DNA of 63,996 bases, the filler included, from an uncultured Myxococcia bacterium (lineage in GTDB: Bacteria > CAZTWC01), in the NCBI GenBank assembly GCA_964617105.1. It is 4 parts of 4 records of this genome, joined end to end, with 100 filler letters (N's around TTAATTAATTAA, not from the genome) between each part and the next. Parts side by side here need not be neighbours in the genome. Positions count along the whole stretch, not along the records: positions 37,933 to 56,786 come from CAZTWC010000043.1; positions 56,887 to 63,996 come from CAZTWC010000196.1; 2 more parts are not named here. One strand, given 5' to 3'. How positions within the stretch are numbered: the first letter of the stretch is position 1; every line of letters starts with the position of its first letter. The notes under the pieces are model-generated. The model saw nothing but the letters and a program-made list of their open reading frames with translations, did no database searches and was not told where the DNA came from. This document shows, in pieces, positions 51,306 to 61,190 of this stretch. Both the position numbers and the translations under genes were made by a program.

Positions 51306-52331
51306 ATGAAAAAAAATATTGCCAGTTTATTAAAAGATGTTTTAGACACCATTGAGAAACAATTTGGAAAGGGCTCTATCATGCTGATGTCCGATGAAAC
51401 TGCCAGATCTAAATTGGTGCCTGCTATCTCCAGCGGCGCTCTGGGATTAGATATGGCTTTGGGCATCGGTGGTTATCCCCGGGGTAGAGTAGTCGAAATC
51501 TATGGTCACGAATCATCCGGCAAAACCACCCTCAGTCTTCATGCTATCGCTGAATTACAAAAATCGGGCGGGGTGGCGGCTTTTATCGATGCTGAACATG
51601 CTTTTGATATCAATTATGCCCACCGCCTGGGCGTGGTTACCGATAACCTGCTAGTTTCACAGCCAGATTGTGGCGAGCAGGCTCTTGATATTGCCGAGAT
51701 ATTGGTACGTTCCGGAGCCATCGATTTGATAGTGGTGGATTCTGTAGCTGCCCTGGTTCCAAGAGCTGAAATAGATGGGGAGATGGGAGACAATCATTTG
51801 GGATTACAGGCCAGACTAATGAGCAGGGCCATGCGCAAACTAACTGCGCTGGCCAACAAAAACCAGACTACTTTAATCTTTATCAACCAACTAAGGATGA
51901 AAATCGGGGTCATGTTTGGCAATCCAGAAGTCACCACCGGCGGCAATGCCTTAAAGTTCTATTCTTCGGTGCGCCTGGAGGCCAAACGACTGGGCGTGCA
52001 GAAACAAGGAGATGTGGTGGTGGGCAATAAAATCAGAGTTAAGGTGGTAAAAAATAAAATGGCGCCTCCTTTCAAACAAGTGGAATTAAACCTGATTTAC
52101 AATCAGGGTATCTGCCGAACTGATGACCTGGTGGAAAGAGCCATTACTTACGAAATATTGAAAAAAAGCGGCAGTTGGTACTCCTATGGCGATACCCAAT
52201 TGGGACAGGGAAAAGAGAATACCATTCGAAACCTGGTAAAAAACAACAATTTGCGGCAAAAAATTGAAGCGCTGATAATAAACAAATGGCAGCAGCAATG
52301 CCGACTGGAACCAGTAACCCAGGCGGCTTAA
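51306..52331 (+). CDS. recA: Recombinase RecA
   Basis: [66 protein letters not shown]. Confidence 0.98.
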   Translation: MKKNIASLLKDVLDTIEKQFGKGSIMLMSDETARSKLVPAISSGALGLDMALGIGGYPRGRVVEIYGHESSGKTTLSLHAIAELQKSGGVAAFIDAEHAFDINYAHRLGVVTDNLLVSQPDCGEQALDIAEILVRSGAIDLIVVDSVAALVPRAEIDGEMGDNHLGLQARLMSRAMRKLTALANKNQTTLIFINQLRMKIGVMFGNPEVTTGGNALKFYSSVRLEAKRLGVQKQGDVVVGNKIRVKVVKNKMAPPFKQVELNLIYNQGICRTDDLVERAITYEILKKSGSWYSYGDTQLGQGKENTIRNLVKNNNLRQKIEALIINKWQQQCRLEPVTQAA

Positions 52332-52396
52332 GTCTTATCCAGGGGTCTCTGGATGGAGATGACTAATTCGTTATATCCAAAATAAGGGAGGTAAAA

Positions 52397-52783
52397 ATGA
52401 AGTCACTAAATAAAGTTCTGTTAATTGGAAACCTTGGTTCAGATCCGGAAATGATTCAAACCAAATCGGGAAAAACCCTGGTAAGCCTGAATTTGGCTAC
52501 TAATCTATCGGTTCCGTCTGGGGAAGATTGGCAAGAGATAACCGATTGGCACCGAGTCAAGGCCTGGGGGAAATTAGCGGTCATTTGCAACAAATATTTG
52601 GTCAAGGGACGTAAAATTTTTGTGGAGGGTCGTTTGTGTCGTCGGGAATGGGAAAAAGAGGATGGCAAAAAGGATTCTATCACTGAAATTATCGCCAATA
52701 ATATTATCTTTTTAAACAAGGGTAATGGCACCGGCAACTATGCTACTGCTACCGCCAGTGCAGTTGGGGATTTACCAATGTAA
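52397..52783 (+). CDS. ssb: Short single-stranded DNA-binding protein
   Basis: LNKVLLIGNLGSDPE, LATN, TDWHRV, KGRKIFVEGRL; tail GDLPM. Confidence 0.93.
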   Translation: MKSLNKVLLIGNLGSDPEMIQTKSGKTLVSLNLATNLSVPSGEDWQEITDWHRVKAWGKLAVICNKYLVKGRKIFVEGRLCRREWEKEDGKKDSITEIIANNIIFLNKGNGTGNYATATASAVGDLPM

Positions 52784-52801
52784 ACTCCTCTTGGCAGAAA
52801 T

Positions 52802-52840
52802 CTGAACATCTTTCCAAAATAAACCGGGATAGGTGTTCAG
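52802..52840. terminator. Hairpin between ssb and the convergent small ORF
   Basis: CTGAACATCT...AGGTGTTCAG. Confidence 0.45.
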
Positions 52841-52854
52841 CCTCTAACCAAAAG

Positions 52855-53118
52855 TCAGTGGATGGAAATATTATCGGTCAGGTATTTTTCCGCCTGAGCC
52901 AAAAGGGTTTCATCCACAGGGATTCCCTTTTGGAGGTTTTCCGCTTGATCCATCAATTGGCTGTGTAGATTTTTAATCCTGAATAACTCTTTTTCTGTTT
53001 CACTGCTCCTTAACTGCTCGTGTTTTTCCAATGCTTTCACATGCCTGTTGTGCGCCCTGAAAAGTAGCATCTTGAAATTAATTTTAACCATGTCGTTCTC
53101 TTCCATCTTCACCTCCAT
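52855..53118 (-). CDS. Hypothetical coiled-coil protein (start may be the second ATG)
   Basis: GGAGG RBS before MEEND; helical, charged sequence. Confidence 0.55.
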   Translation of the reverse strand: MEVKMEENDMVKINFKMLLFRAHNRHVKALEKHEQLRSSETEKELFRIKNLHSQLMDQAENLQKGIPVDETLLAQAEKYLTDNISIH

Positions 53119-53204
53119 TGGGTATCCAAATGTGAGTCTTTATGCTACATTTACACACATGATTTGTCAAAAATTTTTATGTAAAAAAACTAAGAAGGAC
53201 ACTA

Positions 53205-56200
53205 CTAAACAGTCTTGATAAGTCCGAAACGGGCATTGGCCTCTATCCAGGGGAAAATATGACGATCTTTGGGGCTGTAGTACACCGCCTTTTTCTTGTC
53301 TTTTTTAGTGGTGATAAATTCAATAGTGTTCTGTTCAAGGGGAGACCAGTGATGGATATGTTGCGGTCTGGCTGGAATAGCGCATTCACCCAGGGCATCG
53401 GCATCAGCATTGCTCACTAACGCGGGACGGCCATTAGCGTCATCTATTAATACCTGGGTATCATGTTCAGGGCTGTTAGATAGTGCATCCAAGGCAAAAT
53501 GCATAAACTCTAAAAATTCTGGGGTAATATCGGGAGTGGTTATTCCTCTAATAACTGAAGTAGGGGCCCGCAAATGGAACTGCCCATCCCGATATAGAGA
53601 AATCATTCTTTCATCTGAAAGGGAATAGGCGCCACCAGATACTTGAAAAAAAGCCCGGGAATCCAGAATGGAGCGCACCACCCGCAAACCAAAATCGATC
53701 AATCGGGGAGAAAAATCGTGCTGGTATCGTTTTATGATGTGTTCTCCTTCTATCATCGCCTCTTTGATTTTGATTATGCCCGATGAACTGTGTGGAGAAC
53801 CGTTGGCAGCGCTAAATAAAAGGTTACGGCAGATAAAACTGTCCAAAAGCCGCTGTTGGTCCGGCGTACCGCCCTTCATCCGCGTCTCTGCTTCCAGGGC
53901 ATTGGCACAACCCTGGCTGTAACCGATAAATCCCCAGGGAGTATCAATATTTCTAACCGCCTGGATAATCACGCCGGCGTTATACTCCAATGAACGGACT
54001 ATGCCGGTATCAGCCCGAATCAACTCTATTCCTCTTTTCTCTTCCAGTCGTTTGAAACTGTTTTCCAGTTCTCTGCCTCGCGCCCCATCTGTTATCACTC
54101 CCATGCAACTGACAATAGTAAAGTTATACTTTCCTTCAGGCGGTTCAATTAACAACCTTACCAGCGGATCAGATTTAACCTGGTCTTGATCTTCTTTTCG
54201 CCGATAAAGGGTCTGGATACAATTTTCCAATAGATGTTGCTGGTTTTTAAACTCCTTTTTCCCGGTTCTTATCTGCAGCCATTGGCGTACATTATCTACA
54301 TCCTGCCGGTAATTTTCCACTACCGAGAGCATAGTCAAGGCATCTTCATTGCGGTGCCAAAAATCTTTGAACCAGGGACGCTTGAAGGCATGGGGATCAT
54401 ACTTTAAAATAAGAGCGCACTGTCTGAAGGCGTCCTGGTAAGCCTGGGCGGCCTCTTTATGTCCGGATAAAGAGTGCTGGCGAAAATCGATTTTCCTACC
54501 CAATTTGTCAGCCTGGGCAATGGCTGACACAGCTTTCTGCTGCAAAGTATTTACCCGGTTATTATTTTTTCTCCCTTTCAACGTCCTATGTCTGGCTACT
54601 TGAGCAAATTGCTTGCGGGTAAAATAAGAGAAAGCGCCTTTTTCAACAATTCTTTCAGCCACCTGATCCAAAGCCTGTATATATGACTCAAAAGCCCTGG
54701 GGCCATGGGCCATAAACTCTTTTCGAGCAGCAACCGTTATCCCCAAATATTTTTGAAATAGGCCCTGTAAATCAAGCGGATGCTGCAAGTAGTCCTGATC
54801 CTGGTCAAAAAAAGCGAACAAAAAACCGGGAAATGCCCGGGGACTGCTGTTCCATAACTCCACCAGCACATCAATAAAAAAAGGCTTCTCTTGCCTAATC
54901 ATTATTTCCAACAATAATCTGATATTAAGTTGAGTCTGCCGATCCTGCCGCCCAAAAGAGAGCGATGCCTTTAACAGGGTAGCCACCTCTTCTGAGCCCA
55001 GGAGGATAGTATTATCTGGCCGGGTTTCCTTTTTTATTCTATCAGAGGTGCTGTTGCCTGCCATCTGTTTGCAAAAATCGGAACCCACTGCTTCGTGAAG
55101 AATACCGGCAATCCAAATCGACTGAGGGGCAAATTCAACTCCACCGTAACTTTCGTTGATCCTGGCTACCTGCTCCTTAATAGTCAACACCCTATACAAA
55201 AAAGAGAATCTCTTTTTACTCCAACGCCGTTTATAAGGACCGGATATAATATAGCGCAATTGCTCCAGGGTCAGAAAAACAGACTGTTTGATAATCTTTT
55301 CCGACACCTCTTCCGATATTTTTTGCTTGATCACCTGGTAAAGTTGGTTGGCTGATATTAGTCTCCTTACCTCCCTGGGCGCATTTTTTTCTTTGGTGAT
55401 GGGTAAGAGTTGTTGCTGGTTAGCCTTTTTTATTGGTTTGGGTATTAAAAGATTATGCAGCCAGAAAACCATTGGTTCAAGATGATTCTCGACATCCAGG
55501 TCATGTAACTCTTCATCAAAAAGCGAAAGTATCTCCTGGGGATTAAATACTTGTCCATCAATTACCAGGGTAGTTTTTTCCAGTTGCTCGGAAATACGTT
55601 TATAGTTTTTAAGACCGCCATTAAAAAGCAAAGAAAACATCTTGGCCATTTTTTCCCTGGGGATAAAATCTGCCGGATGCTCGATATTCTCCCTCTTGAG
55701 TAACTTTTCAGTTATCAGAAACATTATTCGAACCGCTCTTAGCACTTCAGACAATTCGCGGTTAAAAAGAGCAAGGGCGGAAATAAGGTGGAACATGGCT
55801 TCATCGGAACGCAATAATTCCAAGGCATGCAGCGGATTTTCCAAAGGATTGATTAAGGCATTGAAATATTTATACCCATATAATCCGGCACTATCCCCGG
55901 AAAAAGAGATCCGGCCCAGATCATTTATCTCCATCAATACATTACCCTGGCGCAAACCCATAGCCAAAATAGATACTTTTTCCTTTCCCCGTCTAAGAAA
56001 GCAAGGCTTCTTCTGTAAATCCCAACAAATTTCGACCTTTAGACGCTCCAATTTGGAGGTGATAATTTTGCCCTCCTTTACTGCAATCTGGAGCAAGGTA
56101 TCGGACGGCAACCAAAATTTAAACTGATCCAATTGGATATCAGCATAGTTTATCTTTATTGCCGATTTACTGCTGGCAATAGAAACATTGGGTTGATTGA

Positions 56201-56786
56201 TGCCGGAAAAACTGACCTGCAAATGGGCAGTATTTTCAAAACTACAGCCCAGTTTTGCTTTCAATTCCCCCTTTTTTATGGAAAACTCGGGGATTGTATC
56301 CAGTTGGTTGGCAAAATGACCATCTATATTTCCGGAAGTAATCCAGTGTATCTTCCAGGTTCCATTGCTGTCCAGGCCCAGGCGCCCTTCAATTTTACTC
56401 TGAACAGAAGCGGTTATCTTTTTTTCCTGGTGGAAATAATGTTCAATAAAATCATCATTTGTGGCAACAACAGCGGAAAACCGCAGTAAATCATCACCAT
56501 GCTCCAACTGTAAAACCCCTTTTTTCCATAGCAAGGAGAGCGAACCTTGTAAATTGATATCGCTGATATGGCCTGGTATTGAAGTTTCAGACAGACAAAG
56601 TGGATTGGAAAGGAGTACCTGTAACAACAGATCATTCCTGGAAAATCGGTGGGGAGAAAAACCAAAAGATATATGGTTCAATTTGGCATAAATCCCCTTT
56701 TGAATGAAACCACCATCAAATTGTCCCTGGGCAATAAATGAGGATAGAGAAGATAAGTGCAGGTGGAGATCGGAAAAATTTACTAC
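53205..56786 (-). CDS. Large (>1190 aa) uncharacterised protein with C-terminal alpha/beta-hydrolase; 5' truncated
   Basis: Frame open to the contig end; GYSQG nucleophile elbow, SAANGS, HDTQV, HHWSPL. Confidence 0.75.
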   Translation of the reverse strand, partial: VVNFSDLHLHLSSLSSFIAQGQFDGGFIQKGIYAKLNHISFGFSPHRFSRNDLLLQVLLSNPLCLSETSIPGHISDINLQGSLSLLWKKGVLQLEHGDDLLRFSAVVATNDDFIEHYFHQEKKITASVQSKIEGRLGLDSNGTWKIHWITSGNIDGHFANQLDTIPEFSIKKGELKAKLGCSFENTAHLQVSFSGINQPNVSIASSKSAIKINYADIQLDQFKFWLPSDTLLQIAVKEGKIITSKLERLKVEICWDLQKKPCFLRRGKEKVSILAMGLRQGNVLMEINDLGRISFSGDSAGLYGYKYFNALINPLENPLHALELLRSDEAMFHLISALALFNRELSEVLRAVRIMFLITEKLLKRENIEHPADFIPREKMAKMFSLLFNGGLKNYKRISEQLEKTTLVIDGQVFNPQEILSLFDEELHDLDVENHLEPMVFWLHNLLIPKPIKKANQQQLLPITKEKNAPREVRRLISANQLYQVIKQKISEEVSEKIIKQSVFLTLEQLRYIISGPYKRRWSKKRFSFLYRVLTIKEQVARINESYGGVEFAPQSIWIAGILHEAVGSDFCKQMAGNSTSDRIKKETRPDNTILLGSEEVATLLKASLSFGRQDRQTQLNIRLLLEIMIRQEKPFFIDVLVELWNSSPRAFPGFLFAFFDQDQDYLQHPLDLQGLFQKYLGITVAARKEFMAHGPRAFESYIQALDQVAERIVEKGAFSYFTRKQFAQVARHRTLKGRKNNNRVNTLQQKAVSAIAQADKLGRKIDFRQHSLSGHKEAAQAYQDAFRQCALILKYDPHAFKRPWFKDFWHRNEDALTMLSVVENYRQDVDNVRQWLQIRTGKKEFKNQQHLLENCIQTLYRRKEDQDQVKSDPLVRLLIEPPEGKYNFTIVSCMGVITDGARGRELENSFKRLEEKRGIELIRADTGIVRSLEYNAGVIIQAVRNIDTPWGFIGYSQGCANALEAETRMKGGTPDQQRLLDSFICRNLLFSAANGSPHSSSGIIKIKEAMIEGEHIIKRYQHDFSPRLIDFGLRVVRSILDSRAFFQVSGGAYSLSDERMISLYRDGQFHLRAPTSVIRGITTPDITPEFLEFMHFALDALSNSPEHDTQVLIDDANGRPALVSNADADALGECAIPARPQHIHHWSPLEQNTIEFITTKKDKKKAVYYSPKDRHIFPWIEANARFGLIKTV

Positions 56787-56886
56787 NNNNNNNNNNNNNN
56801 NNNNNNNNNNNNNNNNNNNNNNNNNNNNNNTTAATTAATTAANNNNNNNNNNNNNNNNNNNNNNNNNNNNNNNNNNNNNNNNNNNN
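56787..56886. other. Artificial contig linker N44-TTAATTAATTAA-N44
   Basis: Identical to the other two linkers. Confidence 0.98.
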
Positions 56887-56925
56887 TGCCATGGCTATAA
56901 TACCACAAACAACAATTTTTTCATG
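56887..56925 (-). CDS. Possible start of an exported protein cut by the contig end
   Basis: MKKIVVCGIIAMA looks like a signal peptide; only 13 codons visible. Confidence 0.35.
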
Positions 56926-56941
56926 GAAAAATATTGATACC

Positions 56942-56981
56942 TAAAGTGGACCCCTTTGTCTTGACAAAGGGGTCCACTTTA
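56942..56981 (-). terminator. 19-bp perfect inverted repeat ending the men operon
   Basis: TAAAGTGGACCCCTTTGTC-tt-GACAAAGGGGTCCACTTTA, 6 bp after the menG stop. Confidence 0.8.
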
Positions 56982-56987
56982 AATCCT

Positions 56988-57713
56988 CTATTTCTGGACA
57001 ATTATTTTAGAAGCAAGCCCAAAACTATAATTTTTAATGGAAATATCGACAGTGCCCAATTTATTAATAATAGAGTACATTTGTGATGTAGAGACATGAT
57101 TCTCAATGCTTTTTGCCAAATATCTATAAGCCCAGGGCTCAGAAAAGGGCATTACCAAAAAGGGTACTATCTTTTTCATCCAGAAAGTATTAATCAGGCT
57201 CATTACACCTTTTTCCACAGGAAAAGAATCAAGAATAACAAGTTGACCACCAGGTTTTAAAACTCTGACTAATTCAGCTAAAGAAACGGATAAATTGTGA
57301 AAATTCCTGGTTGTAAAAAAAGTTGTAACCAAGTTGTATGTCTCATTTGCCCGGGGAATATTTGCCGCATCACCGGAAAAATAACTGGATTTGTTATCTA
57401 TCTTTCTGGCAAGTGCCAGCATCTTTTCTGAGATATCCATCCCCTCTAATTCAAGGCCCTGATATTTTGTATGCAAATACCGGCCAACCCAGCCAGTACC
57501 ACAACCAACATCAAGCACCTTATCGCCAGGATTTAAAGAAAGATTTCTCAAGGCTTTCTTCCTCCACCTGGATGTCTGCCCCAACGATATAACCAGGTTC
57601 ATTTTATCGTACCTGGCGGCAATATCATCAAACATCTCTTCAATTGCTTCTCGTTTGCCGCTATCTTTTAGGCCTACCAACTCCTCTGGTAAAACACTTT
57701 TGTAATTTTTCAT
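56988..57713 (-). CDS. menG: Demethylmenaquinone methyltransferase
   Basis: MFDDIAARYDKMN..ISLG...WR, VLDVGCGTG, RVLKPGG, AYRYL..SI. Confidence 0.88.
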   Translation of the reverse strand: MKNYKSVLPEELVGLKDSGKREAIEEMFDDIAARYDKMNLVISLGQTSRWRKKALRNLSLNPGDKVLDVGCGTGWVGRYLHTKYQGLELEGMDISEKMLALARKIDNKSSYFSGDAANIPRANETYNLVTTFFTTRNFHNLSVSLAELVRVLKPGGQLVILDSFPVEKGVMSLINTFWMKKIVPFLVMPFSEPWAYRYLAKSIENHVSTSQMYSIINKLGTVDISIKNYSFGLASKIIVQK

Positions 57714-59176
57714 TTTAGTTCCTCAACTAACTTAACAAAAAAAGATCGGTCCGGTTTAATGCCAGAATCTTTTAACTTTTCCGGCCAGGGAAAAAATAGT
57801 TCCGGAACCTGGTATCTGGCCAATTTTTTAACCAGTTCTTTCCTCAATACATTAAAATCCACCTTTTGAGCCTTTATAAATGCTGCTGATTGAGTCCCAA
57901 ACTCACTATTTTTTATGGGAACCACTACGGCTGCTTCAACGTTTTTAATACTAAGCAGGCTCTTTTCCACCTCTTCTGGGTGAATATTTTCTCCACCAGT
58001 AACAAACATGTTATCTCTCCGCCCCTTTACAATAAGGTTACCATACTGATTTATATAGCCTGTATCACCACTTCTAAACCAGCCACCTTTGTCAAAAGGT
58101 TGCAAAATATCATATTTTTTTACATAACCCCTGAAAAGGGTATCACCTTTAAGTAAAATTTCCCCTTCCTGTGAAATTTTAATTTGCCGTCCAGGCAAAA
58201 CCTTACCCGCTGTCAATAAATCACTCCTTTGGGCTCCAATTTGAGTGGTAGTAACCTGGGATGCCATTTCCGTAGACCCATATGTTATAAATAATGGAAG
58301 TTTTTTTTGCGAGGCTTCCATAATCAGATCTTCGGGAACAGGTCCACCCCCCAAAAGCAGGCATTTCAAGGGTGACAATATCTTTATCGCTACCTTCCAT
58401 CCCTTTAAAATCCGGAAAAGATTGGTAGCAACCATTGAGACATGAGTTACCAATAAATCAGAAATCACATCTTCCAGGGGCTCATCATCTGCAAAAACCA
58501 AAGCACCTCCACCTGATAATGCTCTAAAAAGCAAAGCCAGACCACCAACATGAAACATGGGCAATGACGCAATCCACCTGTCACCAGCACAAAAGGGGAT
58601 ATTCCGGTTTGCGCCAAGAGCATTGTCCCAATGTGCTTTAAATGTATGTAGCACCCCTTTGGCATTTCCTGAACTGCCAGATGTAAAAATCACAGTGGCA
58701 TCCTGTTGCCAATTAAACATAATATTTTTTAAGGGATATTTCCTGTATTCCGATAAAGTATCCGCATCTAAATAAATCACATCCTTAATGCTGATAACTT
58801 TGAATTTTCCAGTCATTTCAACTGGCTTAAAATTTTTTTCACTGCTGTCCTTTACCACAATCTTGCAGGAGGCAATTTCCAGCAATTGATTAATTTTTAC
58901 AATGGGGAAGCGGGGATTAATGGGGACAATTATTACACCTAACTGGAGAGCACCAAGGCAAATTATCACCATTTCAGGACTATTTGACAGGCATAATCCA
59001 AGTCTATCTCCCCTTTTTATTCCAAATTTCGACAAATGATGACCAGCCATCCTGCTAAAAACTCTGGCATCGTGCCAGGAAATTGAAATATTCCGGGAAA
59101 TTACTGCAGGCCAATTCCCTTTATTGTTTGCCAAATTATCAAGGGGAAATAAAGTATTGTTGGTGTATTCATTCAT
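57710..59176 (-). CDS. menE: o-succinylbenzoate-CoA ligase
   Basis: FTSGSSGNAKG, YGSTEMASQ, SGDTG, GRRDNMFVTGGENI. Confidence 0.9.
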   Translation of the reverse strand: MNEYTNNTLFPLDNLANNKGNWPAVISRNISISWHDARVFSRMAGHHLSKFGIKRGDRLGLCLSNSPEMVIICLGALQLGVIIVPINPRFPIVKINQLLEIASCKIVVKDSSEKNFKPVEMTGKFKVISIKDVIYLDADTLSEYRKYPLKNIMFNWQQDATVIFTSGSSGNAKGVLHTFKAHWDNALGANRNIPFCAGDRWIASLPMFHVGGLALLFRALSGGGALVFADDEPLEDVISDLLVTHVSMVATNLFRILKGWKVAIKILSPLKCLLLGGGPVPEDLIMEASQKKLPLFITYGSTEMASQVTTTQIGAQRSDLLTAGKVLPGRQIKISQEGEILLKGDTLFRGYVKKYDILQPFDKGGWFRSGDTGYINQYGNLIVKGRRDNMFVTGGENIHPEEVEKSLLSIKNVEAAVVVPIKNSEFGTQSAAFIKAQKVDFNVLRKELVKKLARYQVPELFFPWPEKLKDSGIKPDRSFFVKLVEELK

Positions 59177-59177
59177 A

Positions 59178-60317
59178 TTAATTCAAACTAATCTGCTGCA
59201 AAGCACTAAAATCAACTTTCTTGCGCCGATTTTTCAGCAAATCATCAAAATTAACCAGATAATTTTCACAGTTGAAGATTTCACTTGAATAGCTACTATC
59301 ATTGAACCAGTCTGCAGTTCCCAGACCACATGCTACTCCAGGAGGGATTATAGCCATGGCAAGGTTTGCCAAAGTTTCTAGACCCACAGGAGTTTCAAAA
59401 CAGGAAGTTATTACGGGGTAAATCCCCATCTTTCCAGCCAGGTCGGTCCAATCCCTTGTCTTTTTAAGGCTTCCCAGGATAGAAGGCTTTAAAACAAAGG
59501 CTGCCAGACTTTTTGTTCCAACTAACTCTGTTATCAGTGATTCTATTTTCCCGGATTTTAATATCAAAGATTCATCCAGGGCAAATTTGACACCCGTTTC
59601 CTGGTAAAAAATTATATTTTGAGCAACATCTGCTGTAGGTTCCTCAATAAACTCAATATTGCAATCAAAAACTCCATTTCCCAGGACCACAGCATGCTCT
59701 AAAGATAAACAGCGGTTAGCATCAAGCCTGAGGACAACTTTGTCACCAAGGCTTTGCCTGGCAACTCTTACCCTATTTATATCGTTTTCCACTGTTTCGC
59801 GACCAATTTTAATCTTGACAGTTTCACATCCCCGCTTTTTTAAATTAGAAGATTCCTGTTCTACTTCTTGACATGTTTTACTTGTTAACAATGCGTTAAC
59901 CGGTATAGATCGATTATGGTTTGGATTTAACAGGCTGCAAACTGCCAATGATTTTATGTTTGCAACTAGATCCAGCAAAGCCATTTCCAGTCCAAATCTA
60001 GTCGATGGAGATAGTTGGGAATTTATACCTGATCCATTGAAAGGCTCAAAGATTGAAAAGTTGGTAAAATCAAAATCAGCCCAGGTTTTTACCTGTTTGT
60101 GAATTTTTTTTAATTCCTGTAATACATCGTCAAGGTTTTCTCTGTGAAGTCCTGGCAGAGGTGATATTTCTGAAATACCCTGATGTCCGGCACTATCATT
60201 AAGGCAAAGGTAAAATCCTGTCCTCTGGGTTAACTCTTCCCCACCTATTACTAGTGGCCTGGTCAAAGGTAAACAGAATTTATAAACCGCTAGATTTAAC
60301 GTATTCAAATCAGCCAT
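59178..60317 (-). CDS. menC: o-succinylbenzoate synthase
   Basis: EISPLPGLH, KIKIGR, LRLDANR, EEP, ALDES, VLKP. Confidence 0.9.
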   Translation of the reverse strand: MADLNTLNLAVYKFCLPLTRPLVIGGEELTQRTGFYLCLNDSAGHQGISEISPLPGLHRENLDDVLQELKKIHKQVKTWADFDFTNFSIFEPFNGSGINSQLSPSTRFGLEMALLDLVANIKSLAVCSLLNPNHNRSIPVNALLTSKTCQEVEQESSNLKKRGCETVKIKIGRETVENDINRVRVARQSLGDKVVLRLDANRCLSLEHAVVLGNGVFDCNIEFIEEPTADVAQNIIFYQETGVKFALDESLILKSGKIESLITELVGTKSLAAFVLKPSILGSLKKTRDWTDLAGKMGIYPVITSCFETPVGLETLANLAMAIIPPGVACGLGTADWFNDSSYSSEIFNCENYLVNFDDLLKNRRKKVDFSALQQISLN

Positions 60318-61189
60318 CCAATAGAGAAAATGGTGCTGTAAAAAAAGAGCAGTTTACCTGTGTTAGCCAGAACCTGGTTGAGTTCCTGGTTGCCGGGATT
60401 GCTCTTGAAAACTTTTTGTATAGAAGGTATTGCCAGAATAAACACCACTAGTGCAACCATGGAAACAGGGTGTCCATCATAGTTTACATAAATTATTACT
60501 GGAACCAGGCTAGATAAAAACAGACAAAAAAAGTATTCCAAACGAGTAAAGAGTTTACCAAAACGGACCGCAAGGGTTTTTTTACCGGCTTCCCGATCTG
60601 TTTCCATATCCCTCAGGTTGTTAACTGTTAATATGGCCACTGCTATCAACCCAGGTCCAACCCCAGCCAATAAAACCGGAAAAGTGACCTCTCCTGTCTG
60701 AACAAAATAGGTGCCTGCAACCGCCACCGGGCCAAAAAAAATAAAAACAAAAACATCTCCCAATCCCAGGTAACCCAGGGGGTAAGGTCCTCCAGTATAA
60801 AGAATGCCACTGGCAACAGCAAGAATTCCAATCAACACTATTGGCCAGCCCCCACGCCAGACAAGATAACCGCCTATCAGAAAAGCCAGTAAAAAAATCA
60901 TAATAAAAGTTTTTTTCATCTGCTCTGCTGTTACCAGCCCTGCCTGGGTAGCTCTGGTAGGTCCGGATCTTTTACAAGTATCAGCTCCTTTAACAAAATC
61001 ATAATAATCATTGGCAAAATTAGTACCAATTTGAATAGCAAGAGCTCCAAGAAGAGCAGCCAGCGCCGAAATCCAATGAAAACCATTGTCGGCAAAAGCC
61101 ATTGAACTGCCAATTAAAACAGGAGAAATGGCTGCAAAAAGAGTTTTAGGTCTGGATGCCAATAACCAGGTTTTTAATGAAGAATTCAT
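60305..61189 (-). CDS. menA: 1,4-dihydroxy-2-naphthoate polyprenyltransferase
   Basis: RPKTL, NFANDYYD..KGAD, YTGGP, NNLRD..TD...GKKTLAV. Confidence 0.93.
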   Translation of the reverse strand: MNSSLKTWLLASRPKTLFAAISPVLIGSSMAFADNGFHWISALAALLGALAIQIGTNFANDYYDFVKGADTCKRSGPTRATQAGLVTAEQMKKTFIMIFLLAFLIGGYLVWRGGWPIVLIGILAVASGILYTGGPYPLGYLGLGDVFVFIFFGPVAVAGTYFVQTGEVTFPVLLAGVGPGLIAVAILTVNNLRDMETDREAGKKTLAVRFGKLFTRLEYFFCLFLSSLVPVIIYVNYDGHPVSMVALVVFILAIPSIQKVFKSNPGNQELNQVLANTGKLLFFYSTIFSIGWLI

Positions 61190-61190
61190 T

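Noticed and set aside
52802-52840. Myxococcus-type LexA box (GTTCAG)
   Set aside because: It lies downstream of the operon and forms a hairpin, so it is better read as a terminator.
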